A stretch of DNA of 64,000 bases from Poseidonia sp. Its GTDB lineage: Archaea; Thermoplasmatota; Poseidoniia; Poseidoniales; Poseidoniaceae. The notes beneath the pieces are model-generated. The model saw only the letters and a list, made by a program, of their open reading frames with translations. It had not been told where the DNA came from and did no database searches. The DNA is taken from the NCBI GenBank assembly GCA_965661285.1, contig CBFIDD010000001.1, positions 404,852 through 468,851 on the forward strand. Direction: 5' to 3'. A program made the position numbers and the translations under genes. Within the stretch, counting starts at the first letter, position 1, and each line of letters begins with the position of its first letter. Shown in pieces: positions 9,612-19,931 of this stretch.

Positions 9612-12600
9612 CTACTGTTGTGATTGAGCGTATTGAATGGCGTACTGCTGCGCATAGGCTGCCGCTGTTGCGGCATCGTAGCCTTGGCCGACGAACTGCT
9701 GGTAGTACTGTTCGTAAATCGCTTGATCGAAGGCCGCCGCTGCGGGTTGGGCCGCCGCTGCGGGTTGGGCCGCCGCTGCGGGTTGGGCTGCCGCTGCGGG
9801 TTGAGCCTCAGCTCCGCTGACGTATTGCGCTGCGAACGCTCGTGCGGTTTCCTCGGGGTAGCCCTGAGCGATCAACTGCTGCACATACTGTTCGGTGGGG
9901 TCCAGAGCATCGGCGCCGAACGCACCTTCCATACCGCCAAAGGCGTCTTCTTTGTCGCCGCCACGGCGCATGAACATCATGGAGCCCAGGACGATGAGCA
10001 AGAGTACGGCGCCGCCGATGATGAGCATCGTCGAGTCAAGACCGCTGGAGGTTTCTTCACCGCCGTTGTTGGTCTGCGTGTTGTCGGTCCATTCCCCGGT
10101 GGTCGGGTCGTAAGACCAAGCACCGCTCCACTGGCAATCCCCGTTGGCGTCGAGAATGAATTCGCCACCGGCGTCAATCGCTTGCGGGTCGGCTTCCAAG
10201 CCCTGACAGGCTGGAAGGTTCAACTCAATCCATTTGATGGTGACCCATCGCTCGTTGGGGTAGTCACCCTCGTAGTACTTGATGTAGACACGTTGTGAAC
10301 GGGACTCGTTGGAGTACAGATTGCTCATGTCCAAGGTGATGTCAAAGCGGTCGCCATCGCCAAGAGCCGCACTCTTGCCCCAGAGGTTCAAAACGCTCAT
10401 GTTGTACTTCATCACGGAGGAAGCGGAAAAGTTCTCTTCAAAGAACGCTGCCTCAACGTAGACTTCACCGGTTTCTGCACCGGAGAGAACGCTACCGGAG
10501 ATGGTCAACGTATCTTCTTGGAACTTTGAGGCGTTCAACTGAACGTTATCCCATTGAATCGCTGGTTCTTCATCGCCGAACCCTTCAGGTACGATGACGA
10601 AGTACATTCTGTGCTTTTCGGAGAACTTGCCCGCGCTGTCGTAGACGATCAACTCGATGCGAATTTGGTTCTCGGTCGTGCCGGTGCTGTCCACGGTGAC
10701 GTTCTTGAATTTGTACGACCATTCACCACCGCTGGCTGCGGTCTGCGTGAACGTGTGTCCGTCCAAGTCAAAGGAATCGTCGCCATAGGGTGCGTCGAAC
10801 AAGACCTTCCATTCGTAGGTCTCGATACCGTTGCCGTCAAGCGCATCCTGATCGCTGGAGTTGCTGGCATCGAAGTGAATCACCAGCTCTGCGTCGTCGC
10901 CCTCACCTTCAAGGATGATGCGGTGAACATCCCACTCGACGTTGGAAACGGTCTTGGTGCCAATGAACTCAACGTTGTCTTCGTAGTCGGTACGCATGTC
11001 AATGACTGCATCGGCTTCAGGTCGGAATTCGTCAGCGTAGACATCGTTGGTCTCGACGACCACGTCAATGGTTCGAGCGTGGCCGTTGTCGTCATGGAGC
11101 ATCAGTGTGATATGCCACTGTTCACCTTGTGCGCACCCTGTTTGCGAGGCGAGGTCTGCCTTGCAGAACATCATGCTTGGAGCATCTTCGGTGGAGTGTC
11201 CGGTGACACCGCTCGCGAGCGTGGTGCCGTCCCAGTTCGTCGGACCGTCGATGATCCAATCAGCATGCAACGTTTCCGTTGTAGAGGTGGTGTAGCCGAA
11301 GTTCAGCGTGGCATCGCTCTTCATGTAGCGCAGTGCGTACTTGCCGGTGCTCGGGTCGATGCTTGGGACTTCGCCGTTGATGGTCAAATCAAGACCGTTG
11401 CCGAGCGTACCGAAGCCGTCGGGGTACGGGTTGACCTGATACTTCAGGAGGTTGCCCATCAGCGGGAAGGTGGTGCTGTCGGCTCGCTCTGAGTGCGTGG
11501 CAACGTCGATGGTCGAGATGATCATACCACCGGAGAAGTAGCTGCACACACCAAGCACGGTATCCTGAATGTCTTCCGAGGAACGGATGAGGCGCTGGAA
11601 GTACCCGCCGTCCTCCATGTACCCATCACACGTCTCCGGGACATTGTTGGTGCTGACCGACTTGGTGTTGAGGACGGCCTGAGCAACGCCCGAGTTGGCA
11701 TCGAAGCCCTGGAAGGCGTTCACGTCGACGTTGTCCATCACGGGGTGGTAAGGGTCGGCGAGATCCATCGTGTTGTAGGTGACTTGCGTCTCTGCGGTGT
11801 CGCGGCTTTGGATGTCCAAGCCGAACGGCAGGCGTCCAGAGAGACCTTGGTCAACACCGTAGATTTGGCTTCCGAGTGGACCCAAGTGCGCCTGGACGGT
11901 TCCGCCGGCGGACATGAAGTTCTCCAAGACAGTGCGTCGGGCGGGTTCACCGAGTTTCTGGTAGTATCCGTCGCCGCCGAACTGCGTGTCCTTGGCCACC
12001 AAAACCTCCTGCCATGGGAGCACGATCTTGTCGTAGTGGGTGAACCAACCTGCGTCAAAGTACGTGCTCCAGTCGTTGATCTCGTACTGGGTGTAGGTCA
12101 TGCCGAGAAGGGCAAGGTCTTGCTTGATGGCGGTGGTTCGCGACGAGGTGTCCGAGAGGATGGCGATGTCAACATGGTCGGCAAAGCTGGCATGGAAGTA
12201 GCGAACGTTGCCCGTTTCGGTGCCGTCAGCCAATTTTCCGTAAAAACTGATGTTGTAGGTCTTGCCGTCCATCCAACCATTCCATGGCGTAAATGACACC
12301 GAGGTCTTCTGTTGGCTTTGGAGAGTGACCGCTGGTCCCGAGTCAACGATGTGCGCTTGGCTTCCATCGGCCATATCGGTGACTTCCATGTAGAACACGT
12401 AATCTCCGGCGAGCACGCCGTTGGTGGCCTGAATGTCCCACGAGTGCGTCAGGGCACTGTCAATGGGGAGCACGCATTCGAGCGTTTGGTCGTCATGGCA
12501 GGCCAAAATATCGGGCTTTCCAATGGAGATGTCCACCGATTCAACGTTGAAAATCACACGTTCAATGTTGTTCGCTTCTGAAAGTTCGTTATCGTTGTAC

Positions 12601-15600
12601 CACGGCTTGCCGATGGTGGTGTTGTCAAAGATGGTCTGGATGTCCAACCGATAAACGCCGGCAAAGAACTCGTGGCTTGCGATAGTGGTCACGGCGGATT
12701 CCTCTGCATCGACGTTGGTTCGAGAATCCGTGTATACAGCATCCTGGACGAAGGTGTACTCCGAGAGCGAGATGTTGTTGAAACCGACGCCTCTGAAGCC
12801 GTCATTGATGCCGTTGCGGCCATCGTCATCCGATTGGAATTCGAAGTGGACGTCCACGGTGGAGCCTTGCAAGGACATGCATTCTGCTGTCCACTGGCTT
12901 GTATCCTGTGATGAACGGTTCTGGATGTACAAGTGCGTGAGATCAATACTGGTGGTCTTTACCAATTCCTCGGAATTGAAGAACACGTTGTAATTGCCGC
13001 TACCGTCGGTGTTTGCGGGGTCGCCAATGTAGGTGAGCTCCGTGAAGTCAATCGATTCTGTTGCGTTCACGATACCGTTGCCGTCGTCGTCGTTCTGGCA
13101 GGTGCCGTCTTCGTTGTAGTCGTTCCATTGAGCGAACACAAGACCGGTGTAATTCGCACCGTCCTTTGCGTAATCAACGGTCATGGTAGCGTAGTCACTG
13201 GGATCCACATTGCCGCTTTGGTCAATGGTGTAGAAGGTGTCAGCGTAATACTCAAAGTTGAGGGAGACGAAGTCGCCACTCATGCTGGTCAGGTCGATGT
13301 CCGGGATGGTGAGGGTTTCGTTGGCCCAAGCATCGTCATAACCCAAAGTTCCGGTGTCACAGGGGTGGCCGAACCAGTAGGCGTTGTTGTTGAAGATCTT
13401 GGTGGAACAGCTGTTCTCGTTGTAAATCGCACCCTTCGGTTGTTGGTTCTCCTCGTATCGGTAGCCTTGCGTGCCACCCTCAAACGTCTCTTCGCAAACA
13501 GCAGAGGGGGTACCGCAGTACACGTCGGAAGGCGTGGCGGAATAGACCGTCGCTTCGATATCAAAGTCCACTGGCGTGTTTCCGTAGTTATTGGTGACCA
13601 CTGCAATGTCGAAGGTGCCCTCGGCATAAAGACCGCCGGTGTTGAAGTAATCGATGGATTCCACCGTCGGGTCGTAAAGGTTGAACGGCGTGACATAACC
13701 CACGGCGTCATCGTTGATACCTTGCTCGTCCCACGCATTGTTGGAAATGGTGGCTGAAATCCGGTAGGTTGTGTCGTTCAGCAAATTGGCCGAGATGGAC
13801 GTCGTGTATTCCTGCCCGGGTTGAAGGTTGCTGAGCGGACCAATGGTGGTGGATTGCGTCTGTGGGTTGGGGAAGAAGGCTGTGTTCTGTTTCCAGATGG
13901 TTAAATTGTCAACAGCAAAGCCGTCTCGGCCGCTCCAACGGCTTTCGTTGTCATCGGCTGTTGAGCCTTCAAAGCCGGTGCGGAAGCGGAAACGAAGGTC
14001 CACGGTTTCGCCAGCCCATGCGGACAGGTCAAAGGCGCCGAGGTCTTCCTCGGTGAAGTTGTCCCAGCCGTAGTAAGTTCCGGATGCAAACAGGCCGTAA
14101 TAGACGATGTTTTCGGGTGCGGCGCCCCAAGCGTTCTGCTTGAAGCCCCGGTCGTTGTCGAAGCCTCCCCAAATACTGGCGCCAGAAGGACAGGCGCCGT
14201 CAAGAGCGGCCTGTTGCGGACAGCCAATGAGGCTCCATCCGGTTTCTTCACTTCCGACCTCGACGATGGCCAGGTCGTCCCAAACATCGCCGACGATGAA
14301 GCCTGAACCGTCAGAACTGCCCAAGGCACCAAGGCCGAGGTGTCGGAAGAGCTCAACGCTCATGAAGGCACGGTCGGCTCCGGTAAGGTCGACGTCGTTG
14401 AGGGTCATCGCATCGTCCCAATTCTTACCGTAACCGCTCCATTCATCACCTGAACTGTTGGTTTTCATGTTGCCAGCCCACATGAAGTCGGTCGGGTTGA
14501 GGTAGTTTGCAGAGATGTTCTCGTCGTTGTTTCCGCCGCCGGTAGCGCCGGTTGAGTGGTTGGTTTCAAGGTGCCAATTGGTCGCACCGTCCACGAACTC
14601 TTCGAACGTCCACGAACAGCCCGATCCACAGCCGGTCTTGTCCTCCGGAGAATCCCAGTCGTTCGCGTAGACCGTGGTGTTGCTGGAGTTGGCTTCGTCA
14701 ACGATCTTCAGTTCGACATCCAAATCGGCTGTTTGCCCGTTGAGGGTGTCCATGCCTGTGTTGGTTACGGTGACATTGATGTTGCGGGTTCCCTCGCCAA
14801 CAACGCCAAAGAAGCGGTCCGTTGGTGAAATTTCGAGGCCGGTAACAGCCAGGTCCTTGTTGTCCATTTCTACCACGGTGAGGGTGTCGTATTGTCCGGC
14901 CCATCCGAAGTTGTCTCGCCATCCGCCAAAGTTGTAGTTGGTGTGGCCGACAACGAGGTCGGGGGCTGAGCTGCTGCTGCCCTGCAATTGGCCAATAGCG
15001 ACGGCTGAAGGCCGACGACCAGCAGGGTAAGAGAGCGGGCTCACGTGGCCGCCGTTTCCGTCAGAAAGGGTCACTTGGACGGTGGTCGGGAAGTTGAGGA
15101 AGAAACTCGAGGTGCTTCCTCCTGCAGAGTCAGAGGTGTTTTGCTGGAAAGCGATGGTCGGGTTGACAAAGTCGGGCTCGCCATCGCCGTTCAAGTCAGT
15201 AACTTGGATGGTCCACGAGATGTAGGGTCCGAAATAGGCCAACTGCGAGTTTCCAAAGGTTCCCTGAGCGGTGGCTTGCTTGTAGCTCACGTTTTCGAGG
15301 TTGCTGTCCATGACGGCGATGGTGTCAATGTAGCCGCTCCCGCCAACGTCAGCGATGGAAAAATCTTCGGTCAGGTCGACGCCCATGTTGATGATGTGGG
15401 TGTTGGCTTGGTTGGTCCCGTAGGAGTAGGTAGCAGGATAGTTCTGGAGTTGACAGTCGTATTCGATGATGGTGATGTTATCGTCGTTTCCTGGGTTGGT
15501 GGTTTGGCCTGTGGTGTAATCCAAACCTTCGCTACGAAGCAAGAAGATATCATCGTCGGTGCAGGCGCCGGTCAGTCCGCTCTGAGACTCGCCGTAATCG

Positions 15601-16307
15601 CCAACTTCAATCGAGCGGTAGGTGTTTTGTTGCGACGAACCCAAGGTGGTTGGAAGACCGTTGGTGGCTGAGGTGATGGGGCTGCGATAGGTGACAACAC
15701 GCTGTGTGGTAACATCGTTCAGGAGGTCAAGAACATAGATGTCGTCGTTGCCGTCTTGGTCAGCATCACCGACGGTCATGTCCCACACCCAAAAGTGAGT
15801 GTACCGTTCGCCGATGGTCCAATCACGGTTGCCGCAGCCGTCGTTTTGGATGATGGTGACGTTTCCAGGTTCACCCGCTGGTGCGCCCTGGTCATTGGTC
15901 TTGAAGGGGTTGTTTTTCTGATAAATGACGATATCGATGGCGTTGTCTCCAGTGAATTCACCCACTTCCACCTGCTCAACGTTTGCAAACTCGTCCCAGT
16001 CTGCGTTGCGGCTTTGGTTGCCAGCCACCCAAATGTCTTGACGGTCATTGAAATTACCCAAACCGTCGTTGTACAGGATGGTCATGGAGTGCGTCCCGTC
16101 CGTGGCAACAGCCATGTCGTTGTGGCCATCGCAGTCGAAATCGCCAATAGCGACGTCCATCGGGTCGCGGTTCGTGATGTAGGTTCGTGCAACCGAGGCG
16201 CTGGCCGTGGTGGCGAGGGCAGCGGTGGTGCTCAGCACCATCAGCACGGTCAAGAAAATACTACGCATTCGGGCCTTAGAGAGGTCGTTTTGGGTAAACA
16301 TGGACAT
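9612..16307 (-). CDS. Giant (~2230 aa) surface/adhesin-like protein: FG-GAP/VCBS repeats, beta-sandwich domains, PKD-like region, C-terminal TM
   Basis: Signal peptide after MSMFTQ; GDFDCDGHNDM, GDADQDGNDDI, DLNGDGEPDF repeats; TM then MRRGG; start inferred at 16307 rather than 16481. Confidence 0.85.
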   Translation of the reverse strand: MSMFTQNDLSKARMRSIFLTVLMVLSTTAALATTASASVARTYITNRDPMDVAIGDFDCDGHNDMAVATDGTHSMTILYNDGLGNFNDRQDIWVAGNQSRNADWDEFANVEQVEVGEFTGDNAIDIVIYQKNNPFKTNDQGAPAGEPGNVTIIQNDGCGNRDWTIGERYTHFWVWDMTVGDADQDGNDDIYVLDLLNDVTTQRVVTYRSPITSATNGLPTTLGSSQQNTYRSIEVGDYGESQSGLTGACTDDDIFLLRSEGLDYTTGQTTNPGNDDNITIIEYDCQLQNYPATYSYGTNQANTHIINMGVDLTEDFSIADVGGSGYIDTIAVMDSNLENVSYKQATAQGTFGNSQLAYFGPYISWTIQVTDLNGDGEPDFVNPTIAFQQNTSDSAGGSTSSFFLNFPTTVQVTLSDGNGGHVSPLSYPAGRRPSAVAIGQLQGSSSSAPDLVVGHTNYNFGGWRDNFGWAGQYDTLTVVEMDNKDLAVTGLEISPTDRFFGVVGEGTRNINVTVTNTGMDTLNGQTADLDVELKIVDEANSSNTTVYANDWDSPEDKTGCGSGCSWTFEEFVDGATNWHLETNHSTGATGGGNNDENISANYLNPTDFMWAGNMKTNSSGDEWSGYGKNWDDAMTLNDVDLTGADRAFMSVELFRHLGLGALGSSDGSGFIVGDVWDDLAIVEVGSEETGWSLIGCPQQAALDGACPSGASIWGGFDNDRGFKQNAWGAAPENIVYYGLFASGTYYGWDNFTEEDLGAFDLSAWAGETVDLRFRFRTGFEGSTADDNESRWSGRDGFAVDNLTIWKQNTAFFPNPQTQSTTIGPLSNLQPGQEYTTSISANLLNDTTYRISATISNNAWDEQGINDDAVGYVTPFNLYDPTVESIDYFNTGGLYAEGTFDIAVVTNNYGNTPVDFDIEATVYSATPSDVYCGTPSAVCEETFEGGTQGYRYEENQQPKGAIYNENSCSTKIFNNNAYWFGHPCDTGTLGYDDAWANETLTIPDIDLTSMSGDFVSLNFEYYADTFYTIDQSGNVDPSDYATMTVDYAKDGANYTGLVFAQWNDYNEDGTCQNDDDGNGIVNATESIDFTELTYIGDPANTDGSGNYNVFFNSEELVKTTSIDLTHLYIQNRSSQDTSQWTAECMSLQGSTVDVHFEFQSDDDGRNGINDGFRGVGFNNISLSEYTFVQDAVYTDSRTNVDAEESAVTTIASHEFFAGVYRLDIQTIFDNTTIGKPWYNDNELSEANNIERVIFNVESVDISIGKPDILACHDDQTLECVLPIDSALTHSWDIQATNGVLAGDYVFYMEVTDMADGSQAHIVDSGPAVTLQSQQKTSVSFTPWNGWMDGKTYNISFYGKLADGTETGNVRYFHASFADHVDIAILSDTSSRTTAIKQDLALLGMTYTQYEINDWSTYFDAGWFTHYDKIVLPWQEVLVAKDTQFGGDGYYQKLGEPARRTVLENFMSAGGTVQAHLGPLGSQIYGVDQGLSGRLPFGLDIQSRDTAETQVTYNTMDLADPYHPVMDNVDVNAFQGFDANSGVAQAVLNTKSVSTNNVPETCDGYMEDGGYFQRLIRSSEDIQDTVLGVCSYFSGGMIISTIDVATHSERADSTTFPLMGNLLKYQVNPYPDGFGTLGNGLDLTINGEVPSIDPSTGKYALRYMKSDATLNFGYTTSTTETLHADWIIDGPTNWDGTTLASGVTGHSTEDAPSMMFCKADLASQTGCAQGEQWHITLMLHDDNGHARTIDVVVETNDVYADEFRPEADAVIDMRTDYEDNVEFIGTKTVSNVEWDVHRIILEGEGDDAELVIHFDASNSSDQDALDGNGIETYEWKVLFDAPYGDDSFDLDGHTFTQTAASGGEWSYKFKNVTVDSTGTTENQIRIELIVYDSAGKFSEKHRMYFVIVPEGFGDEEPAIQWDNVQLNASKFQEDTLTISGSVLSGAETGEVYVEAAFFEENFSASSVMKYNMSVLNLWGKSAALGDGDRFDITLDMSNLYSNESRSQRVYIKYYEGDYPNERWVTIKWIELNLPACQGLEADPQAIDAGGEFILDANGDCQWSGAWSYDPTTGEWTDNTQTNNGGEETSSGLDSTMLIIGGAVLLLIVLGSMMFMRRGGDKEDAFGGMEGAFGADALDPTEQYVQQLIAQGYPEETARAFAAQYVSGAEAQPAAAAQPAAAAQPAAAAQPAAAAFDQAIYEQYYQQFVGQGYDAATAAAYAQQYAIQYAQSQQ
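9732..9803 (-). repeat. 18-bp tandem repeat x4 (GGCCGCCGCTGCGGGTTG) encoding QPAAAA
   Basis: Directly visible; three identical copies and one with a single substitution. Confidence 0.95.
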
Positions 16308-16441
16308 CACTTGGTCATCGGATGGCCTGTTCGGATATAATGCCTTTGTACTCAAGTTCCCCGAGACCATGGGCGCAAGCCCTCGTTTTTGTTCAAAATC
16401 GCCCGGATTTTCTCCCGCTGAATTTAGGCCGGATAGCCCTG

Positions 16442-17164
16442 TTAAAATCGTCCAGCAAGCCACTTCGGCGAAGGACCCCAACCGGTGGCGTCACCGCCGT
16501 GGATTTTGACGAGTTTACCAGCAGAAAACAGGGATTCCAACCAAACATCGAGCGTCGTTCCTTCCCTGCCCCCGAGTTTTTTGCTGGCGATTTCCTCGAT
16601 GTCCTCGGTGCGCAATCCGGTGATGCCGTGATCGCGAACGACCAATTGAAGCAATTCCCTCAACCACGCCTCGGCCATCGGATCAACGCTGGTTGAACCT
16701 TGAACCGGGTGAGGCGGGTCCATGTCGTCAAGGAGTTCCATCAACTCAATGACATCGGGACGTTCGGCGGGAGCCATGCCCGCTTGGTCCAGTTTCTCTT
16801 GAAGATTCAATTCGCCGATGGGGCGACGAACGACAGGGATGCGACTCGGGTCTGGCTCAGGACCCATGTCCGCCGGCCGAGAGGATTCTGGAGCGTCCTC
16901 CATTTCGATGTTGATGCCGGATTGTTGCCGTTCAACACTGACCTTTGACAAGTTGCTGGCTTGCACCTCCGTCCCCGTCGGCATGGTCCATCCAACACCG
17001 GTCAGCCCCAAGTCTTCAACATGTTTCTGAACCCATCCAGCCTCGCCTTCAATGACGATGTTAAGGTCGTGGTCGTCCGCCCGGAAACGGTATCGAACGT
17101 TCCCACGAAACTGACGCATCAAACCGGCCTGCGAGTCGTTAGATTTTGAATCTGCTGGATTCAT
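16442..17164 (-). CDS. Hypothetical protein, possible C-terminal winged-helix
   Basis: 240-aa ORF overlapping the acnA stop (ATGA); C-terminal helix-helix-helix-hairpin pattern. Confidence 0.7.
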   Translation of the reverse strand: MNPADSKSNDSQAGLMRQFRGNVRYRFRADDHDLNIVIEGEAGWVQKHVEDLGLTGVGWTMPTGTEVQASNLSKVSVERQQSGINIEMEDAPESSRPADMGPEPDPSRIPVVRRPIGELNLQEKLDQAGMAPAERPDVIELMELLDDMDPPHPVQGSTSVDPMAEAWLRELLQLVVRDHGITGLRTEDIEEIASKKLGGREGTTLDVWLESLFSAGKLVKIHGGDATGWGPSPKWLAGRF

Positions 17165-19830
17165 GCGGGGGATTGCGCCATCTCACGCAAGACGGTGTGG
17201 AGAATGCCGCCGTTTCGATAGTATTCAACCTCCACGGGCGTGTCCAAGCGAATCTGTGCCTCAAAGGAAGACGATCCTCCGTCAGGGTGTTCCACATGGA
17301 CGGTGATCCACTGGAGGGGCTGCACATCGTCGGTAAGTGGAATGGTGTAGGATTCATGTCCCGTCAAGCCCAGCGACTCGTGCGATTCGCCTACCTTGAA
17401 CGTCAACGGGAGCACGCCCATGCCGACGAGGTTGGAGCGGTGAATGCGTTCAAACGAGGTGGCGATGACTGCTTTCACGCCGAGCAGATAGGTGCCCTTG
17501 GCCGCCCAGTCTCTCGAGGAGCCCGTGCCGTATTGGCTCCCGGCAAGCACAACCTTCGGCGCCTGAATTTGTGCGGCATCGAACACCGACATGACCTCGC
17601 CCGTTTCGTGGTTGAGGGCGTAACCACCCTCGGTTCCTGGTGCCATTTGGTTCCTGATACGGACGTTGGCAAAGGTCCCTCGCATCATGATCTCATGATT
17701 GCCGCGCCGGCTTCCAAAGGAGTTGAAGTCGCCCTGCTCGACGCCACGCTCAACAAGCCACTGACCGGCGGGGCCGCTGGCTGGGAAGGACCCCGCCGGC
17801 GAGATGTGGTCGGTCGTGATGGAATCGCCAAGCTTGAGCAACACCTTCGCGCCCTCCACAGGCGTGATCGGTTCGGGCGTGGCCGAAAGTCCACTGAAGA
17901 ACGTCGGAAGGCGAATGTACGTGGAGGCATCGGCCCACGGGTAGAGCGGCGATGCTTCGGCGGGGATGCTGTTCCATCGAGGTTCGTTCATCGCATCGGC
18001 GTAGCGCTGGCGGAACATATCGGGCGTGATGACCTTCATCGCTTCGTTGACCTCGTCCTCACTCGGCCAAATTTCGGACAGCATGACGGGCGTGCCCTTC
18101 GAATCGTAGCCAATGGGCTCGCTGGTCAAGTCAACATCCAAATTTCCGGCGATGGCGTAAGCCACCACCAGTGGAGGGCTGGCGAGATAGGAGGCCTTGA
18201 CCTTCCCGTGGACACGTCCTTCGAAATTCCGGTTGCCGGAGAGAACCGAGCCCACGATGAGTCCCGCTTCGTCGATGGCAGCCTCGATGGGTTCGTCAAG
18301 CGGCCCCGAGTTTCCGATGCATGTCGTGCAGCCATAGCCGACCGTGTGGAAGCCCATGGCGTTGAGGTCGTCTTGCAGCCCGGTCGCTTCGTAGTACTCG
18401 GTCACCACGCGACTCCCCGGGGCAAGCGAGGTGCGGACCCAAGGTTTGACGGTCAACCCTCGCTGACGGGCTTTACGTGCAACCAAACCTGCGGCCATCA
18501 TGACGCCGGGATTGGAGGTGTTGGTGCAGGATGTGATGGCGGCGATGACCACATCGCCGTGATTCAGGTCAAAAATCTCACCGTTCATCTCAACGATGGC
18601 ACTCTTCGAGAGGTCTTCCGGGGCAAGCCCGTGGCCCTGATGGCCAAGTTCGTGCGTCAAACTGTCTGCAAAATGCGACTTCATGTTGTTGAGGTCAACA
18701 CGGTCTTGAGGACGCTTTGGCCCGGCAAGGGCAGGCACGACATCGTTGAGGTTGAGTTCCAGGACGGCCGTGTAGGATTTTTCCGCTTCGTCCTCACCGT
18801 ACCACAGTCCTTGAGCCTTGGCGTAGGCTTCAACACCGGCGATGGCATCGTCTTCACGTCCAGTAAGACGGAGGTAATCGAGCGTCCGCTCGTCAACGGG
18901 GAAAAAGCCGCAGGTTGCGCCGTATTCGGGCGCCATGTTGGCGATGGTCGCCCGGTCGGCCAGCGTGAGGGCTTTCATGCCGGGTCCAAAGAATTCAACG
19001 AACTTGCCAACCACACCGTGCTCACGCAGCATCTCAACGATGCGCAAGGTCATGTCCGTTGCGGTAACGGCCGGTTGAAGGCTGCCAGTGAGGCGAACGC
19101 CCACGACATCGGGTGCGAGCATGTAAATCGGCTGACCAAGCATGACGGCTTCGGCTTCAATGCCGCCAACACCCCAGCCGAGCACGCCAAGGCCGTTGAC
19201 CATCGTCGTATGGGAATCCGTTCCGACCAGCGTATCGGCCAGCCATACACCGTCTTCCTGACGGGCGACGCTGGCCAAGAATTCGAGGTTCACCTGGTGG
19301 ACAATGCCTCGGGAAGGAGGTACTGCTTGGAAATTGGCCAGCGATTGCTGACCCCACTTGAGGAAGGTGTAGCGCTCCATATTTCGGTGGTATTCGATGT
19401 CGAGGTTCATATCAAGCGCATCGCTGTGAGCGCCAGAAACATCGACTTGAACCGAATGGTCAATGACAAGGTCGACGGGAACCTGCGGGTTCACCTTTTC
19501 AGGGTCACCGCCCATTTCCACCATGGCGTCTCGAAGTGCTGCCAAGTCCACCACGGCTGGCACGCCGGTGAAGTCTTGGAGAATCACCCGAGAGGGGCGG
19601 AAAGGAATTTCGCCGCGCTCGCCGTTTGGAGCCCATGCTGCAATCTTGCGAATGTCGTCCTCGGTGATGAGAAAACCATCGTGGGCTCGGAGCGCACCCT
19701 CGAGGAGAATACGAACGGAGTAAGGGAGGTGAGCGGTGGAAATCCCGTTCGCATCAAGGGCATCAAGAGCAAAGTAGTCGCCACCAACGCTGAGAGTTTG
19801 ACGTGCGTTAAAGGGGTCCAAGGTCGCCAT
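17161..19830 (-). CDS. acnA: Aconitate hydratase A
   Basis: QDFTGVP, DLVIDHSVQVD, GTDSHT, AITSCTNTSNP, GYGCTTCIGNSG, GSSRDWAAKG. Confidence 0.97.
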   Translation of the reverse strand: MATLDPFNARQTLSVGGDYFALDALDANGISTAHLPYSVRILLEGALRAHDGFLITEDDIRKIAAWAPNGERGEIPFRPSRVILQDFTGVPAVVDLAALRDAMVEMGGDPEKVNPQVPVDLVIDHSVQVDVSGAHSDALDMNLDIEYHRNMERYTFLKWGQQSLANFQAVPPSRGIVHQVNLEFLASVARQEDGVWLADTLVGTDSHTTMVNGLGVLGWGVGGIEAEAVMLGQPIYMLAPDVVGVRLTGSLQPAVTATDMTLRIVEMLREHGVVGKFVEFFGPGMKALTLADRATIANMAPEYGATCGFFPVDERTLDYLRLTGREDDAIAGVEAYAKAQGLWYGEDEAEKSYTAVLELNLNDVVPALAGPKRPQDRVDLNNMKSHFADSLTHELGHQGHGLAPEDLSKSAIVEMNGEIFDLNHGDVVIAAITSCTNTSNPGVMMAAGLVARKARQRGLTVKPWVRTSLAPGSRVVTEYYEATGLQDDLNAMGFHTVGYGCTTCIGNSGPLDEPIEAAIDEAGLIVGSVLSGNRNFEGRVHGKVKASYLASPPLVVAYAIAGNLDVDLTSEPIGYDSKGTPVMLSEIWPSEDEVNEAMKVITPDMFRQRYADAMNEPRWNSIPAEASPLYPWADASTYIRLPTFFSGLSATPEPITPVEGAKVLLKLGDSITTDHISPAGSFPASGPAGQWLVERGVEQGDFNSFGSRRGNHEIMMRGTFANVRIRNQMAPGTEGGYALNHETGEVMSVFDAAQIQAPKVVLAGSQYGTGSSRDWAAKGTYLLGVKAVIATSFERIHRSNLVGMGVLPLTFKVGESHESLGLTGHESYTIPLTDDVQPLQWITVHVEHPDGGSSSFEAQIRLDTPVEVEYYRNGGILHTVLREMAQSPA

Positions 19831-19931
19831 GTTTCAAGCGAGAAGCCAGCCGTCTATGAAGAAAACCCTTCACGCCTCAGGTTGAGTTAAACGCCCCAGT
19901 ATCGAGGTAGGGTGCACGCACGATGGTGCCA

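Noticed and set aside
9378-9623. 81-aa plus-strand ORF in the 9.3-9.6 kb gap
   Set aside because: Atypical composition, no motif, and it overlaps the end of the giant gene.
17146-19890. 914-aa ORF antisense to acnA (similarly 27453-29018, 45805-47160, 20016-21035, 62814-63821)
   Set aside because: Shadow ORFs expected from GC-rich codon bias on the opposite strand; no motifs, and the sense genes are unambiguous.
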